Assembly (NCBI GenBank): GCA_963848445.1
Contig: CAWKDT010000001.1
Location: forward strand, 842,667-906,666
Source: Candidatus Dormiibacterota bacterium
Lineage (GTDB): Bacteria; Chloroflexota; Dormibacteria; Aeolococcales; Aeolococcaceae
DNA: 64,000 nt
Direction: 5' to 3'
Positions 48,165-57,841 of the stretch are shown in pieces (position 1 is the stretch's first letter; every line of letters begins with the position of its first letter). The notes beneath the pieces were generated by a model. It worked only from the letters and a program-made list of their open reading frames with translations, was not told the DNA's origin and ran no database searches. Both the position numbers and the translations under genes were made by a program.

Positions 48165-48750
48165 TCACCACGTGACCGGAGGCTCGGTGATCGACCGCCT
48201 GCGCGTGGCGGTGCACATGCCCGGCTCCGCGTTGCCGCTTGCACCCGCGACCTTGCGTCCGGCATCGGTCCTCCTGCTCTGCGACCCGACGACTCCCGGG
48301 GTCCCGCTGCTCTTCGTGCTGCGCTCCACCGAGCTGCGCCATCACCCGGGTCAGATCGCTTTCCCAGGTGGGAGCTTCGAGCCCGGCGACGCCGATGTCG
48401 TGGCGACCGCGCTGCGCGAGGCAAACGAGGAGGTCGGCGTCGAGCCCGGTGACGTCGAGGTCATCGGGGTCCTCTCCCCGTTCAACACCGCGGTTTCGCA
48501 GCGCTGGTTGACGCCGGTGGTCGGCATCGAGCGGGCGCCGTCCCGGTTGCGCATCGACGATATCGAGGTCGTCGAGTGCTTTCGCATCGACATCGCGGAT
48601 CTGCTCGTCGCGCCGCACGAGGTGCGCGAGCTCGAACGTGACGGGTTGCGACGGCAGGTGCACTTCTATGAGGCGGAGGGGCGGGTCATCTGGGGCGTCA
48701 CCGGCGCGATCCTGCACGAGCTGCTGACGCTGCTCGGCCGGACCGACTGA
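48165..48750 (+). CDS. NUDIX hydrolase, CoA pyrophosphatase (NudL)-like
   Basis: Nudix box GQIAFPGGSFEPGDADVVATALREANEEVGV. Start uncertain (GTG at 48165 or ATG near 48217). Confidence 0.7.
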
Positions 48751-48752
48751 GC

Positions 48753-49346
48753 TCAGCGCGCAGCCGCGATCTTCTGATCCTGCGCGTGCGCGACCGCCTC
48801 GGCGAACGTCGTGTCGACGGTCCCGGTCGAGTTGACGATCAGCAGGACCGCGATGACCGCGCCTTCCTGGAACGTGATGCCGACCTCGCTGTATCCGTTC
48901 GACGTCTCACCCACATACTCGTCGGCCTGGGATCCGAGCCCCGACAGCGTCGTCGAGCTCGTGAGCGTGACGACCTGACCCTTGGTCGCATCGCGCAGCT
49001 GCGAATAGTCGGTCATCGCAGACTGCGTGGAGGCGTCGATCACGACGTCGTCCTCGACGCGATACGTATTGTCGGTACTGGCGAATCCACGCTGATCGGT
49101 GTTGGCGATGCTGTTCATCTCGCCGTCGCTGATCTGGGCGAGCGCCGGTCCGCCGCTCGGGAGATCGGCCACGGTGAGCGCCATGGCCACCGCGGCAGCG
49201 GTCCCGGAGCTCGGCGATACGGTCGCCACGGGGCTGCTCGGCGAAGGGGTGTCCGCGGATGTCGCGGGTGAGCGCGTCGCCGCGCTGCCGCACGCAGTTG
49301 CTGCGACGGCACCGATGCATGCGATTGCGAATGCCGCCACCGGCAT
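48753..49346 (-). CDS. secreted lipoprotein, hypothetical
   Basis: Signal peptide with lipobox AATACGS. Thr/Ser-rich mature region. No family recognised. Confidence 0.5.
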   Translation of the reverse strand: MPVAAFAIACIGAVAATACGSAATRSPATSADTPSPSSPVATVSPSSGTAAAVAMALTVADLPSGGPALAQISDGEMNSIANTDQRGFASTDNTYRVEDDVVIDASTQSAMTDYSQLRDATKGQVVTLTSSTTLSGLGSQADEYVGETSNGYSEVGITFQEGAVIAVLLIVNSTGTVDTTFAEAVAHAQDQKIAAAR

Positions 49347-49402
49347 CGCTCTTCTCGTGCTGATCTCTCCCACGTCAGGGACCGTAGCACAGGGTTCCGG
49401 GA

Positions 49403-50056
49403 TCAGCGGTAGCGCGGGTGCACCACAAACGGGTTGTGGCGCATCTCCTCCTCCACCACCGTCTTCTGGCCGTGTCCCGGATACACCACCGTGTCGGGGG
49501 GGAGTGTGTAGATGCGGTGTTCGATCGAGAAGATGAGCGCGGGCCACGAGCCACCGGGCAGGTCGCAGCGACCGACTCCGCGATGGAACAGCGTGTCGCC
49601 GGAGAGCAGGTCCGGGCCGATGCGGAAACACACGGAGCCGCGCGTGTGTCCCGGGGTGTGCACCACCTCGATGTCGAGCTCGTGCCATCGCAGCATCTCC
49701 CCATCGCGCAGGTCCTCCTCGCACACGATCTCGGGAAGGTCGAGCGGAACGCCCGGCAGGTGGTGCACGGCCTCGAGCTGCTCACGGTCGTCCGGATGGA
49801 TCGCCGCGGAGCAACCGTGCGCGGCCTTGACGGCGGGCACACCGCTCACGTGATCGGGATGGCCGTGCGTGAGCAGGATGCGATCACAGTGGAGTCCGCG
49901 CTGCTCGAGGAACGTGAGCGTCTGAGGATGCTGCAGGCCCGGATCGACGATGAGGACATCGCCGGTGTCGCGCCGGTGAAGCACGTAGCAGTTCTGGTCG
50001 AACATCGGATCGACGACGATTGCAAGCTCGACCAGGTCGCGCAGCGTGTCGCTCAC
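49403..50056 (-). CDS. MBL-fold metallo-hydrolase (glyoxalase II-like)
   Basis: THGHPDH metal-binding motif, HTPGHTRGS, and HxHxDH-type ligands. Confidence 0.7.
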   Translation of the reverse strand: MSDTLRDLVELAIVVDPMFDQNCYVLHRRDTGDVLIVDPGLQHPQTLTFLEQRGLHCDRILLTHGHPDHVSGVPAVKAAHGCSAAIHPDDREQLEAVHHLPGVPLDLPEIVCEEDLRDGEMLRWHELDIEVVHTPGHTRGSVCFRIGPDLLSGDTLFHRGVGRCDLPGGSWPALIFSIEHRIYTLPPDTVVYPGHGQKTVVEEEMRHNPFVVHPRYR

Positions 50057-50066
50057 GGCGGCAAGG

Positions 50067-52778
50067 TTACGCGCGGCGGGCGTTGATCGGTCCGATGACG
50101 TCCGCTGTCGAGATGGGCAGCACGAATCCGGCGCCACGCCGTTCGCGACGGCGGGGGCCGTCGGACTCGACGAGCGCGCGGTCGAGGACCTCGCCGACGC
50201 TCTCCACCGGCACGACCTCGATCGCGTCGAGAATCTCCTTGTCGACCTCGAACAGATCGCGCACGTTCTTTGCGGGGAGGATGAAGGTCTTCAGGCCCGA
50301 TCGGTGCGCGGCGAGCAGCTTGTCCTTGACGCCGCCGATGGGAAGCACCTTGCCCCGCAGCGTCACCTCGCCGGTCATGGCCAGGTCGCGGCGCACCCGG
50401 CGTCCTGTTGCAACGGACACCATCGCGGTCGCAATGGTCACGCCCGCTGACGGGCCATCCTTGGGTATCGCTCCGGCGGGGACGTGCACATGGATCGCAT
50501 GGGTGTCGAAGAAATCGCGAGGTGCTCCGTACTCGACGGCGTGCACCTTCGCCCATGACAGCGCAGCGCGTGCCGACTCCTCCATCACGCTGCCGAGCTG
50601 GCCGGTCAGGACGAGGTCGGGCTTGGTCTCGATGGCCAGCGCTTCGACGGTGACGATGTCGCCGCCGACCTCGCTGACGACGACGCCCGTCACGGCGCCG
50701 ATCTCGTCCTGTTCCTGCGTCTCGCCGTAATCGTGGCGGCGCGGTCCGAGCAGGTCGGTCAGATCGTCCGGTGTGATCACGACGGGCGGCGTCGCGCCGG
50801 CGGCGAGCTTGCGCGGCACCTTGCGCGCCACCTCCGCGATGGTGCGATCCAGCTGGCGAACGCCCGCCTCGCGCGTGTAGCCGTGCAGCATTGCGATCAC
50901 GGTCTCGCGCGGAATCTGCAGCTCGTTCGTTTCGAGCGAGTGCTGATCAAGTTGACGCGGCACGAGGTGACGCTCGGCGATCTGCACCTTCTCCTGCTCG
51001 GTGTACCCGGTGATCCGGATGATCTCCATGCGATCACGCAGGGGCGGGCTGATGGTCTCGGCGATGTTGGCGGTCGTGATGAACAGGACCTGCGACAGGT
51101 CGTACGGGACCTCGAGGTAGTGGTCGCTGAACTCCCAGTTCTGCTCCGGATCGAGCACCTCGAGCAGGGCCGCCGAAGGATCGCCGCGAAAGTCCGCCCC
51201 CACCTTGTCGATCTCGTCGAGCATGATCACCGCGTTGCGCGTGCCCGCGGTGCGCATCGACTGGATGATCCTGCCCGGCAGCGCGCCGATGTACGTGCGC
51301 CGGTGCCCGCGAATCTCGGCCTCGTCGCGAATGCCACCAAGGGACATCCGCACGAACTTCCGATCCAAGGCGCGCGCGATGCTGCGTCCAAGCGACGTCT
51401 TGCCGACGCCAGGCGGTCCGACGAAACACAAGATGGGCGTCTGGAGCGTACGGCGCTTCGTCAGAGTGCGCGGCGACTCCCGCTGTGCAGGCGATTCAGG
51501 GGCGGGTGTCGTCGCGGGGACCCCTCGCCGCTCTCCAGCCGGGTCTGACCCGTCCTTCGTGACTGGGGTATCTTGTGGCTTGCCCGGCCTGCGATCGGCG
51601 CTGCCCCCCGCGCCGCCACCCGCTACGGAGTTGATCACTTCGCTTCCCGAAGCGCCGAGCACTTCCGCCTGAATCTTCAGACGGATGCGCTCGCGAACGG
51701 CCAGCCATTCGAGGATGCGGTCCTTCACCTTGGTGAGGCCGTAGTGGTCCTCGTCGAGGATCGCGGCGGCGCGTTCGATGTCGAGGGTCTCCGCGGGGGG
51801 ATCGGCCCATGGCAGGTCGAGCAGCCAGTCGACCCAGGTGCGCACCATGCCCATCTCGGGGGAGGCGCTGGGGATCTGCTCCAGGCGGTGCACCTCCTTG
51901 AGGACGCGCTGCTTCACGTTGTCGGGCATGCCGGCCTTCTCGACGCGCGCGCTGAGGTCCTCGTCGTCCTCGCCTCCATCCTCGAGCTCGACGAGCTCCT
52001 TGCGGATGGCGCGCAGCTGCTCGCGAAGGATGTGCTCGCGCTGGGAGTTGTTGATCGTCTTCTGGACGTCCTCGTGAATCTTGCTGCGCAGCTGCGCGAC
52101 CTCGCCCTCACGCGCGAGCAGCGGGATCAGCGTGCGCAGGCGCGCGACGGTCTCGGTTTCCTGGAGGAGCGCGACACGGTCGTCAAAGCCGAAATCGGGA
52201 CAGGTGCTGGCGATGTCGGCGATGAGCCCCGGCTGCGCAGCTCGCGCCATCGCCACCGCGGTGTCGGCGGCAACCTGCGCACCGGCGTTCACGTAGTCGG
52301 CGAACAGCGTTCGCACCGATCCGGACAGAGCGTCGACCTCGGTCCCTGCCGGCACATCGACGGGCACCGGCGTGACCGTCGCGATCCATGCGTCACCCGA
52401 CGCATCGAACGCGTCGATGCGGACCCGCTCCTTCCCCTCGACGAGCGCGTGCGCGCCGCCGCCCGGCAGGCGCCGGAACGCGCCCACGTGCGCGATGACG
52501 GCGATGGTGTGCACATCGTCGATCGACGCCTCATCACGTGCCGCGTCACGCTGGATCGCCAGCACGACCCGGCCGTCGCCGTTGACGGCTGCGTCGAGGG
52601 CGGCGACCGACCGTGGCCGGCCCGCGGCGAGCGGGGCCAGCTGCGACGGGAACACCACGTTGTCACGCAGCGGGACCGCCGGCAGGGTCAGCGACGCAGT
52701 CGGAGCCGGATCGGCCGGTTCGGCGGGCGGGGGCTGCTCCTCGGGCATGAGGCGAGCATAGCCGGGGCTCAGAAGCAT
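50067..52778 (-). CDS. lon: ATP-dependent Lon protease (LonA) with a low-complexity insertion before the Walker A motif
   Basis: Lon N-domain, AAA+ GPPGVGKTS, proteolytic domain PKDGPSAG (Ser) and K in [10 protein letters not shown]. Start ATG overlaps the stop of the upstream PLD-like gene (TGATG). Confidence 0.9.
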   Translation of the reverse strand: MLLSPGYARLMPEEQPPPAEPADPAPTASLTLPAVPLRDNVVFPSQLAPLAAGRPRSVAALDAAVNGDGRVVLAIQRDAARDEASIDDVHTIAVIAHVGAFRRLPGGGAHALVEGKERVRIDAFDASGDAWIATVTPVPVDVPAGTEVDALSGSVRTLFADYVNAGAQVAADTAVAMARAAQPGLIADIASTCPDFGFDDRVALLQETETVARLRTLIPLLAREGEVAQLRSKIHEDVQKTINNSQREHILREQLRAIRKELVELEDGGEDDEDLSARVEKAGMPDNVKQRVLKEVHRLEQIPSASPEMGMVRTWVDWLLDLPWADPPAETLDIERAAAILDEDHYGLTKVKDRILEWLAVRERIRLKIQAEVLGASGSEVINSVAGGGAGGSADRRPGKPQDTPVTKDGSDPAGERRGVPATTPAPESPAQRESPRTLTKRRTLQTPILCFVGPPGVGKTSLGRSIARALDRKFVRMSLGGIRDEAEIRGHRRTYIGALPGRIIQSMRTAGTRNAVIMLDEIDKVGADFRGDPSAALLEVLDPEQNWEFSDHYLEVPYDLSQVLFITTANIAETISPPLRDRMEIIRITGYTEQEKVQIAERHLVPRQLDQHSLETNELQIPRETVIAMLHGYTREAGVRQLDRTIAEVARKVPRKLAAGATPPVVITPDDLTDLLGPRRHDYGETQEQDEIGAVTGVVVSEVGGDIVTVEALAIETKPDLVLTGQLGSVMEESARAALSWAKVHAVEYGAPRDFFDTHAIHVHVPAGAIPKDGPSAGVTIATAMVSVATGRRVRRDLAMTGEVTLRGKVLPIGGVKDKLLAAHRSGLKTFILPAKNVRDLFEVDKEILDAIEVVPVESVGEVLDRALVESDGPRRRERRGAGFVLPISTADVIGPINARRA

Positions 52779-53806
52779 CAAACGTCGATCCCCAGCCCCT
52801 GCTCCCAGTCGCGCCGCCACGCCGCGGCGTAGTACCCGGCGGCGCGCCGATCGGCGATCCGGAGGGCCACCTCCCAGTTGCCGCCGAGGCCGGCTGTGCT
52901 CCAGTTCGCGGACGAGACGAGGGCCGCGGCGTCGGCGACCACGCCCTTGGCGTGACCCGATGTGGCTCGCGCGGGGTCCATGCGCCGGACCTCGAACGAT
53001 CGTGCCCGCAATCGCCCCGCATCTTCCGGCCGGGGAGGGTCGCCGAGCAACAGCCCGCACATGACGCCTCGAGCGCGTGCATCGTCCATGAGGTCGAGCA
53101 GGCAGCGGACCCGCGGAGCGGCCGCATGTGCGTACGGGACGGTCACGAGGAGGCGCTCGCGGACCTCGCTGATCATCGCCTGCAGCACCGCGCCGACGCG
53201 GGCGCCGCCCGCGATCAGCAGCAGCCGTCGCGAGGCCACCCTGCGCTGGAGCGGGGCCACCTGGGGCACCGGCATCCCGACCTCTGGACCTCGGGCGTCA
53301 GGTGCTGCCGACCAGCGCTCCGGGGGCGGCGTGGCGATCGCCCAGTGCGCATCGAACGCGCGGCGTGCTGCATCGTGCAGCCCCCGCGATCGGGAGGCGC
53401 TCACCCACCACTCCCGCGTCCCGGCCAGCGGGCCCGCGCTGGGCGGAAGACGGAGATGGGGATCACGTGGCGCGTCGCGCCAGATCAGGTTGCCGGTGCC
53501 GACCGCGACCGTGCTGTCGACGATGAGGAGCTTGCCATGCGCGGCATCCGCGCCAACCCCGGCGACCCGGCACTCCCCGCCGGCAGCGGCCAGCTCACGC
53601 GCGGTCGCCGCGTTGCCGTCCGACATGTGCGCATCGACCACGAGGCGCACGTGGAGGCCGCGTCGCGCGGCACGGACCAGCTCCCAGCGGTACGAGGGGC
53701 CGACCTCGTAGATCGCGGCATCGATCCCGTGCCGAGCGCCGCGCAGCAACCTCGACAGCACCGTTCCAGCGGAGTCCGGCCCGAGCGCGCATGTCAGCCT
53801 CGTCAC
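52778..53806 (-). CDS. phospholipase D superfamily protein with two HKD motifs, cytosolic
   Basis: HGKLLIVDSTVAVGTGN and HAKGVVADAAALVSSAN match HxK(x4)D(x6)G(S/T)xN. No TM segment. Confidence 0.7.
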   Translation of the reverse strand: MTRLTCALGPDSAGTVLSRLLRGARHGIDAAIYEVGPSYRWELVRAARRGLHVRLVVDAHMSDGNAATARELAAAGGECRVAGVGADAAHGKLLIVDSTVAVGTGNLIWRDAPRDPHLRLPPSAGPLAGTREWWVSASRSRGLHDAARRAFDAHWAIATPPPERWSAAPDARGPEVGMPVPQVAPLQRRVASRRLLLIAGGARVGAVLQAMISEVRERLLVTVPYAHAAAPRVRCLLDLMDDARARGVMCGLLLGDPPRPEDAGRLRARSFEVRRMDPARATSGHAKGVVADAAALVSSANWSTAGLGGNWEVALRIADRRAAGYYAAAWRRDWEQGLGIDV

Positions 53807-53887
53807 GCCGCCGCAAGACTGCGAGTGACAATGTGGGGAGGGTGCACAGCCCGACGATAGGCGCGGTGCGCACCCACGAGGCGCACC

Positions 53888-55072
53888 ATGGACGAACCCG
53901 AAAAGCCCGACGCTCCCCCGCTCCCCTCGTGGCCCGCGGGCGCTTCCGCTGAGCCTGCCCCGCCGCTGCTCGGCACCGCCGCGACGCCGATCGGGGCGCG
54001 CCGGCGATCGGTGCGGCGCTCAGTCGCGTTGGGTCTCCTCGCGGCCGGGCTCATCGTCGGATCCGGCGCGACCTACGCCGCGGCGCGCCTGACCGGCGGC
54101 GCGGGCACAGTGCAGATCCACGTCGACGACGCCCCTTCGAGCGGCGCCGGAGGATCCGTCGTCACCGTCGCCGCGGAGCTCGGCCCCGCCGTCGGCACGA
54201 TCATCGCCATCCAGACGGGAACGCCGTCGGACCTCGGCAGCGGGTTCGTGATCGGGCATTCGTCGAACGTCAGCTACCTCATCACCAACAACCACGTGGT
54301 TGCCGGGTCGTCGAACCTCCACGTGGTCATGCCCGGCGGCAACTCGTACGCGGCAACGCTCGTCGGCACCGATGCACTCGACGACATCGCGGTCGTGAGC
54401 GTGCCTGACGGGTCGCTCCCTTCCGCGACCTTCGGCAACTCATCGACGCTGAAGGTCGGTGCGGCGGTCGTGGCGATCGGCAGCCCGCTCGGGGATCAGG
54501 GCTCGGTGACCGCGGGGATCATCAGCTCGCTGCATCGCACCATCACCGCGAGCGGAGAGAGCGGCGCATCAAGCGAGACGCTCGAGGATGTGCTGCAGAC
54601 CGACGCGTCGATCAACCCGGGCAACAGCGGCGGGCCGCTCTCCGACATGCAGGGCCGGGTCATCGGCGTCAACGTCGCCGCCGCGAACAACTCCACCAAC
54701 ATCGGGTACAGCATTCCCGCGAATCTCGCACGTGAGGTCGCGACAGAGCTGATCGCGCACACGCCGGTCGGGCATCCGTTTCTCGGGGTGCAGTACCTCG
54801 ATTCCATCAACGCCATCGAGCAGGGGCATGGGTTCAGCGGTCCGGGCGTGCTCGTCACCGCCGTCAGCAGCGGCACTCCGGCCGCTGCCGCGGGGTTCCG
54901 GGGCGGCGACATCCTCGTCGCCGTGGGCGGCGTCGACATCGAGAATGGTCAGACGCTCGGCGGACTCATCCAGAGCAAGCAGGTCGGCGAGCGAGTCCAG
55001 TTCACGGTGCTCCGCGCCGGCAAGACCATCACACTGACCGCGACGCTCGTCGAGCGTCCGTCCGGCACGTAG
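53888..55072 (+). CDS. htrA: trypsin-like serine protease HtrA/DegP with C-terminal PDZ domain
   Basis: Catalytic triad context (HVV, DIAV, GNSGGPL) and a PDZ domain. N-terminal TM anchor. Confidence 0.85.
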   Translation: MDEPEKPDAPPLPSWPAGASAEPAPPLLGTAATPIGARRRSVRRSVALGLLAAGLIVGSGATYAAARLTGGAGTVQIHVDDAPSSGAGGSVVTVAAELGPAVGTIIAIQTGTPSDLGSGFVIGHSSNVSYLITNNHVVAGSSNLHVVMPGGNSYAATLVGTDALDDIAVVSVPDGSLPSATFGNSSTLKVGAAVVAIGSPLGDQGSVTAGIISSLHRTITASGESGASSETLEDVLQTDASINPGNSGGPLSDMQGRVIGVNVAAANNSTNIGYSIPANLAREVATELIAHTPVGHPFLGVQYLDSINAIEQGHGFSGPGVLVTAVSSGTPAAAAGFRGGDILVAVGGVDIENGQTLGGLIQSKQVGERVQFTVLRAGKTITLTATLVERPSGT

Positions 55073-55101
55073 CGTCCTGCCGCCGCGTCAGCGCGCCAGG
55101 C

Positions 55102-55611
55102 TCAAGCGGTCGCCGGTCCCTGCTGCTTCCCGAGTTGGCGGAGCTCCTCGTGATGCGCTCGCACCCGCTCGACGACATCGTCGAGGATCTTGTCCTGCGC
55201 CTGCAGGTGCTGCTGCAGCTGCAGGCATTCGCTGAGGATCGCCTCGGCGTCCTTGTAGGTCTGCTCGGAGCGCTTGTCGGCGGCCTTGCCCTGGATGTTC
55301 TGGCCCACGATGATGATGGGCAGCAGGACCAACTGGATGAAGGTCTGTGCGATCCAGGCGACGATGACGATCGCCTGTCCGCTCGAGATCGCCGAGGGCA
55401 GCGAGATCAGGGCCAGCAGCGTGAAGATGTAGGCGCACCACATCGTTCCGACGACCGCGGTGATGATCAGCGCAACCTTGCCGTTGACACCGACTCGCCC
55501 GTCGTCGGTCTTCACCGGCTGCTCGTTCTTCCGCTGCGCGATGCGCGGGTGCGGCACGTGGTGGAAGAGCTCTGCCACCTTGGGGATCGACGGCATCGGC
55601 TGGTCGGTCAT
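55102..55611 (-). CDS. DUF1003-family membrane protein
   Basis: Two TM helices and conserved VALIITAVVGTMWCAYIFTLLA...LVLLPIIIVGQNIQ, followed by a coiled-coil tail. Confidence 0.6.
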   Translation of the reverse strand: MTDQPMPSIPKVAELFHHVPHPRIAQRKNEQPVKTDDGRVGVNGKVALIITAVVGTMWCAYIFTLLALISLPSAISSGQAIVIVAWIAQTFIQLVLLPIIIVGQNIQGKAADKRSEQTYKDAEAILSECLQLQQHLQAQDKILDDVVERVRAHHEELRQLGKQQGPATA

Positions 55612-55717
55612 GCGAAGCCTCCTCGCAGCGGGCGCATGCGGGTGCACGCCCGGTCGCGGGCTATCGTGAACGATGCGCGCGCGTTTGAGGGAGGCGCGAC
55701 ACGGCGCCTCACGGTGC

Positions 55718-56419
55718 TCAGACTCGACGTCGCAGCATTGCCGGCGGCCGCGACCGCCGGAGGCTCCACGCCGGGCGCCGCTCCACGAACTCGTACAGCG
55801 CGGCCGGCCGCCCCGGACCGCCCTTGGCAAGCGTGCCGGTCGCCCGCACGAGACCCGACTGTTCCAGCTCTCTGCGGAAGTTCGACGGCTCATAGGTCAC
55901 ACCGCTGATCGCCTCGAAGACGCGACGTGCCTGGGGCATGGTGAAACGCTCCGGGAGGAGCCCCACCGCGATGTTCGACCACCAGAGCTTGCCGCGGAGC
56001 CGGTCGACCGCGTCCACCACGATGCGCGCGTGGTCGAAGCCGAGCGGCGGCAGGGCGTCCACCGGCTCCCATCGCGCGCTCGACTCGTCGGCGCGGAGTA
56101 CGGCCGCGTCGATGAGCGCGAGGTACGCGACCGTTGGGATCCAGCCCCGGGGATCGCGATCGGGGTCGCCGTACGTCTCCAGCTGCTCCAGGTACACGGC
56201 GCCGACGCCGGTCTTCTCGGTGAGCTTCCGCTGCGCGGTTTCCTCGGGGCGCTCGTTCGGGCTCATGAAGCCACCCGGGAGCACCCACGTTCCCGCGAAC
56301 GGCGCCTCGCCGCGCTGCACCAGGAGGACGTGCAGGCGCCTCGAGAGCGGGGCGAGCACGACGGGCACCGCGTACATCCCCGCCGGGGCGGGGAAGCCCG
56401 AGGAGTTGACGGCGGTCAT
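55718..56419 (-). CDS. nrtR: NrtR-family regulator (Nudix domain fused to a C-terminal winged-helix domain)
   Basis: Nudix box GTWVLPGGFMSPNERPEETAQRKLTEKTGV. The C-terminal FTMPQARRVFEAISGV...SNFRRELEQSGLV...GRPAALYEF matches the NrtR DNA-binding domain. Confidence 0.75.
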   Translation of the reverse strand: MTAVNSSGFPAPAGMYAVPVVLAPLSRRLHVLLVQRGEAPFAGTWVLPGGFMSPNERPEETAQRKLTEKTGVGAVYLEQLETYGDPDRDPRGWIPTVAYLALIDAAVLRADESSARWEPVDALPPLGFDHARIVVDAVDRLRGKLWWSNIAVGLLPERFTMPQARRVFEAISGVTYEPSNFRRELEQSGLVRATGTLAKGGPGRPAALYEFVERRPAWSLRRSRPPAMLRRRV

Positions 56420-56486
56420 CGCCGTCGGGTGGCCGCGCGCGGCACGAGCTGGCATCGCGACCGATTGTGGCGACGCGTTAGGCTGC

Positions 56487-57320
56487 ATGGCCATGGAGAG
56501 CGGGAATATCGGCACCGCCGCCGGCTTCAGGGCCGCCTACGCGGAGGTCGTCACGAACGTCGACGGCCTGGCCGCCGGGCTGGACGACGACACCGCGCTC
56601 CGCGCCACCGGCTGTCCGGGTTGGTCGGTGCGGGACCACGTGGCCCACATCACCGACCTGGAGAGCATTCTGATCGGCCGAACCCGCCCCGCCCACACCG
56701 TGCCCGAGGGGCTGCCCCACATCCGGAACCAGCCGGGGCAGTTCATGGAGATCGGCGTGGACGCTCGTCGCGGCGTGCCGCTCGCCGACCTCCTTGCCGA
56801 GTACCGCGAGGTGACCGCGGACCGGCTCGCTCGGCTCGACAGCCTCGAGGATTCGCAGCTCGACGAGATGGGCCGCGGGTTCTTCGGCGACTCGAAGGTG
56901 CGTTCGCTGCTTGCCATCAGAGTGTTCGATCTCTGGTCGCACGAGCAGGACATGCGACGCGCGCTCGACCAGCCCGGTGGTCTCGACGGCGTTGCCGCGG
57001 CACACGGCCGCGAGCGGATGCTGATGGGCGCCGGCAATCGCATCCAGGACCGTCTCTCCCCGGCGGCGGGCACGGCGATCGTCTTCGACGTCATCGGTGC
57101 CGGTGGTGCGCGGCGCGCCATCATCTTCGACGGCGATCGCGGCCGGGCGGGGACGTCCATTCCCGAATCGCCGGCGGCCACGCTGCGACTCGATCTTCCG
57201 ACGCTCACCGTGCTCGCCTGCGGCCGCTCCGACGACCCCGGTGCACGCGCGCGTGTTGTTGTCGAAGGTGACCAGAACCTGGGACGGCCCGTCCTGGAGG
57301 ATCTGGCGGTCACCCCATGA
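56487..57320 (+). CDS. DinB/TIGR03083-like protein (mycothiol-dependent maleylpyruvate isomerase N-terminal domain family)
   Basis: WSVRDHVAHITD motif typical of the family. About 277 aa. Overlaps tlpA by ATGA. Confidence 0.65.
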   Translation: MAMESGNIGTAAGFRAAYAEVVTNVDGLAAGLDDDTALRATGCPGWSVRDHVAHITDLESILIGRTRPAHTVPEGLPHIRNQPGQFMEIGVDARRGVPLADLLAEYREVTADRLARLDSLEDSQLDEMGRGFFGDSKVRSLLAIRVFDLWSHEQDMRRALDQPGGLDGVAAAHGRERMLMGAGNRIQDRLSPAAGTAIVFDVIGAGGARRAIIFDGDRGRAGTSIPESPAATLRLDLPTLTVLACGRSDDPGARARVVVEGDQNLGRPVLEDLAVTP

Positions 57321-57841
57321 GAGTCACCATTCGCCGTCTCCTGCCGGTCGCGGTGACCGCGTTGACGCTGCTCGTGCTCTCGGGCTGCGGCCTTCAGCAG
57401 GATCTCGCCCAGGTCCCGACTCTCGGCGCGGGCCCAACGCAGCCGGCAACCCCGATCAGCGCCGCAACCCTGACCGGGACGGCCTTCAACTGGTCGACCA
57501 CCCGCGGGCACGTCGTGGTGCTCGACTTCTGGGGCTCATGGTGCGGCCCGTGCCGGCATGAGCAGCCGAGCCTGAACACGCTCGAGACGCAATGGGCGCC
57601 GAAGGGGGTGGTCTTCCTCGGCGTCGACGTCCGTGACGACAACGTCGACGGCGCGGCGTACGAGCGCGATCTCCACGTCGTCTATCCAAGTGTCAACGAT
57701 GCCGACGAGGTGATCGTCTCCGAGTACAACGTCATCGCGCCGCCGACCGTGGTCGTGATCGACACGCACGGCAACGTCGTCGACCGGTTCATCGGCACCA
57801 CCACCGGGATCAGCAGCGACCTGACGCGGCTCACCTCGTGA
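57317..57841 (+). CDS. TlpA/ResA-like thiol-disulfide oxidoreductase lipoprotein
   Basis: Signal peptide with lipobox LSGCG. Thioredoxin-fold WCGPC active site. Confidence 0.8.
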   Translation: MRVTIRRLLPVAVTALTLLVLSGCGLQQDLAQVPTLGAGPTQPATPISAATLTGTAFNWSTTRGHVVVLDFWGSWCGPCRHEQPSLNTLETQWAPKGVVFLGVDVRDDNVDGAAYERDLHVVYPSVNDADEVIVSEYNVIAPPTVVVIDTHGNVVDRFIGTTTGISSDLTRLTS

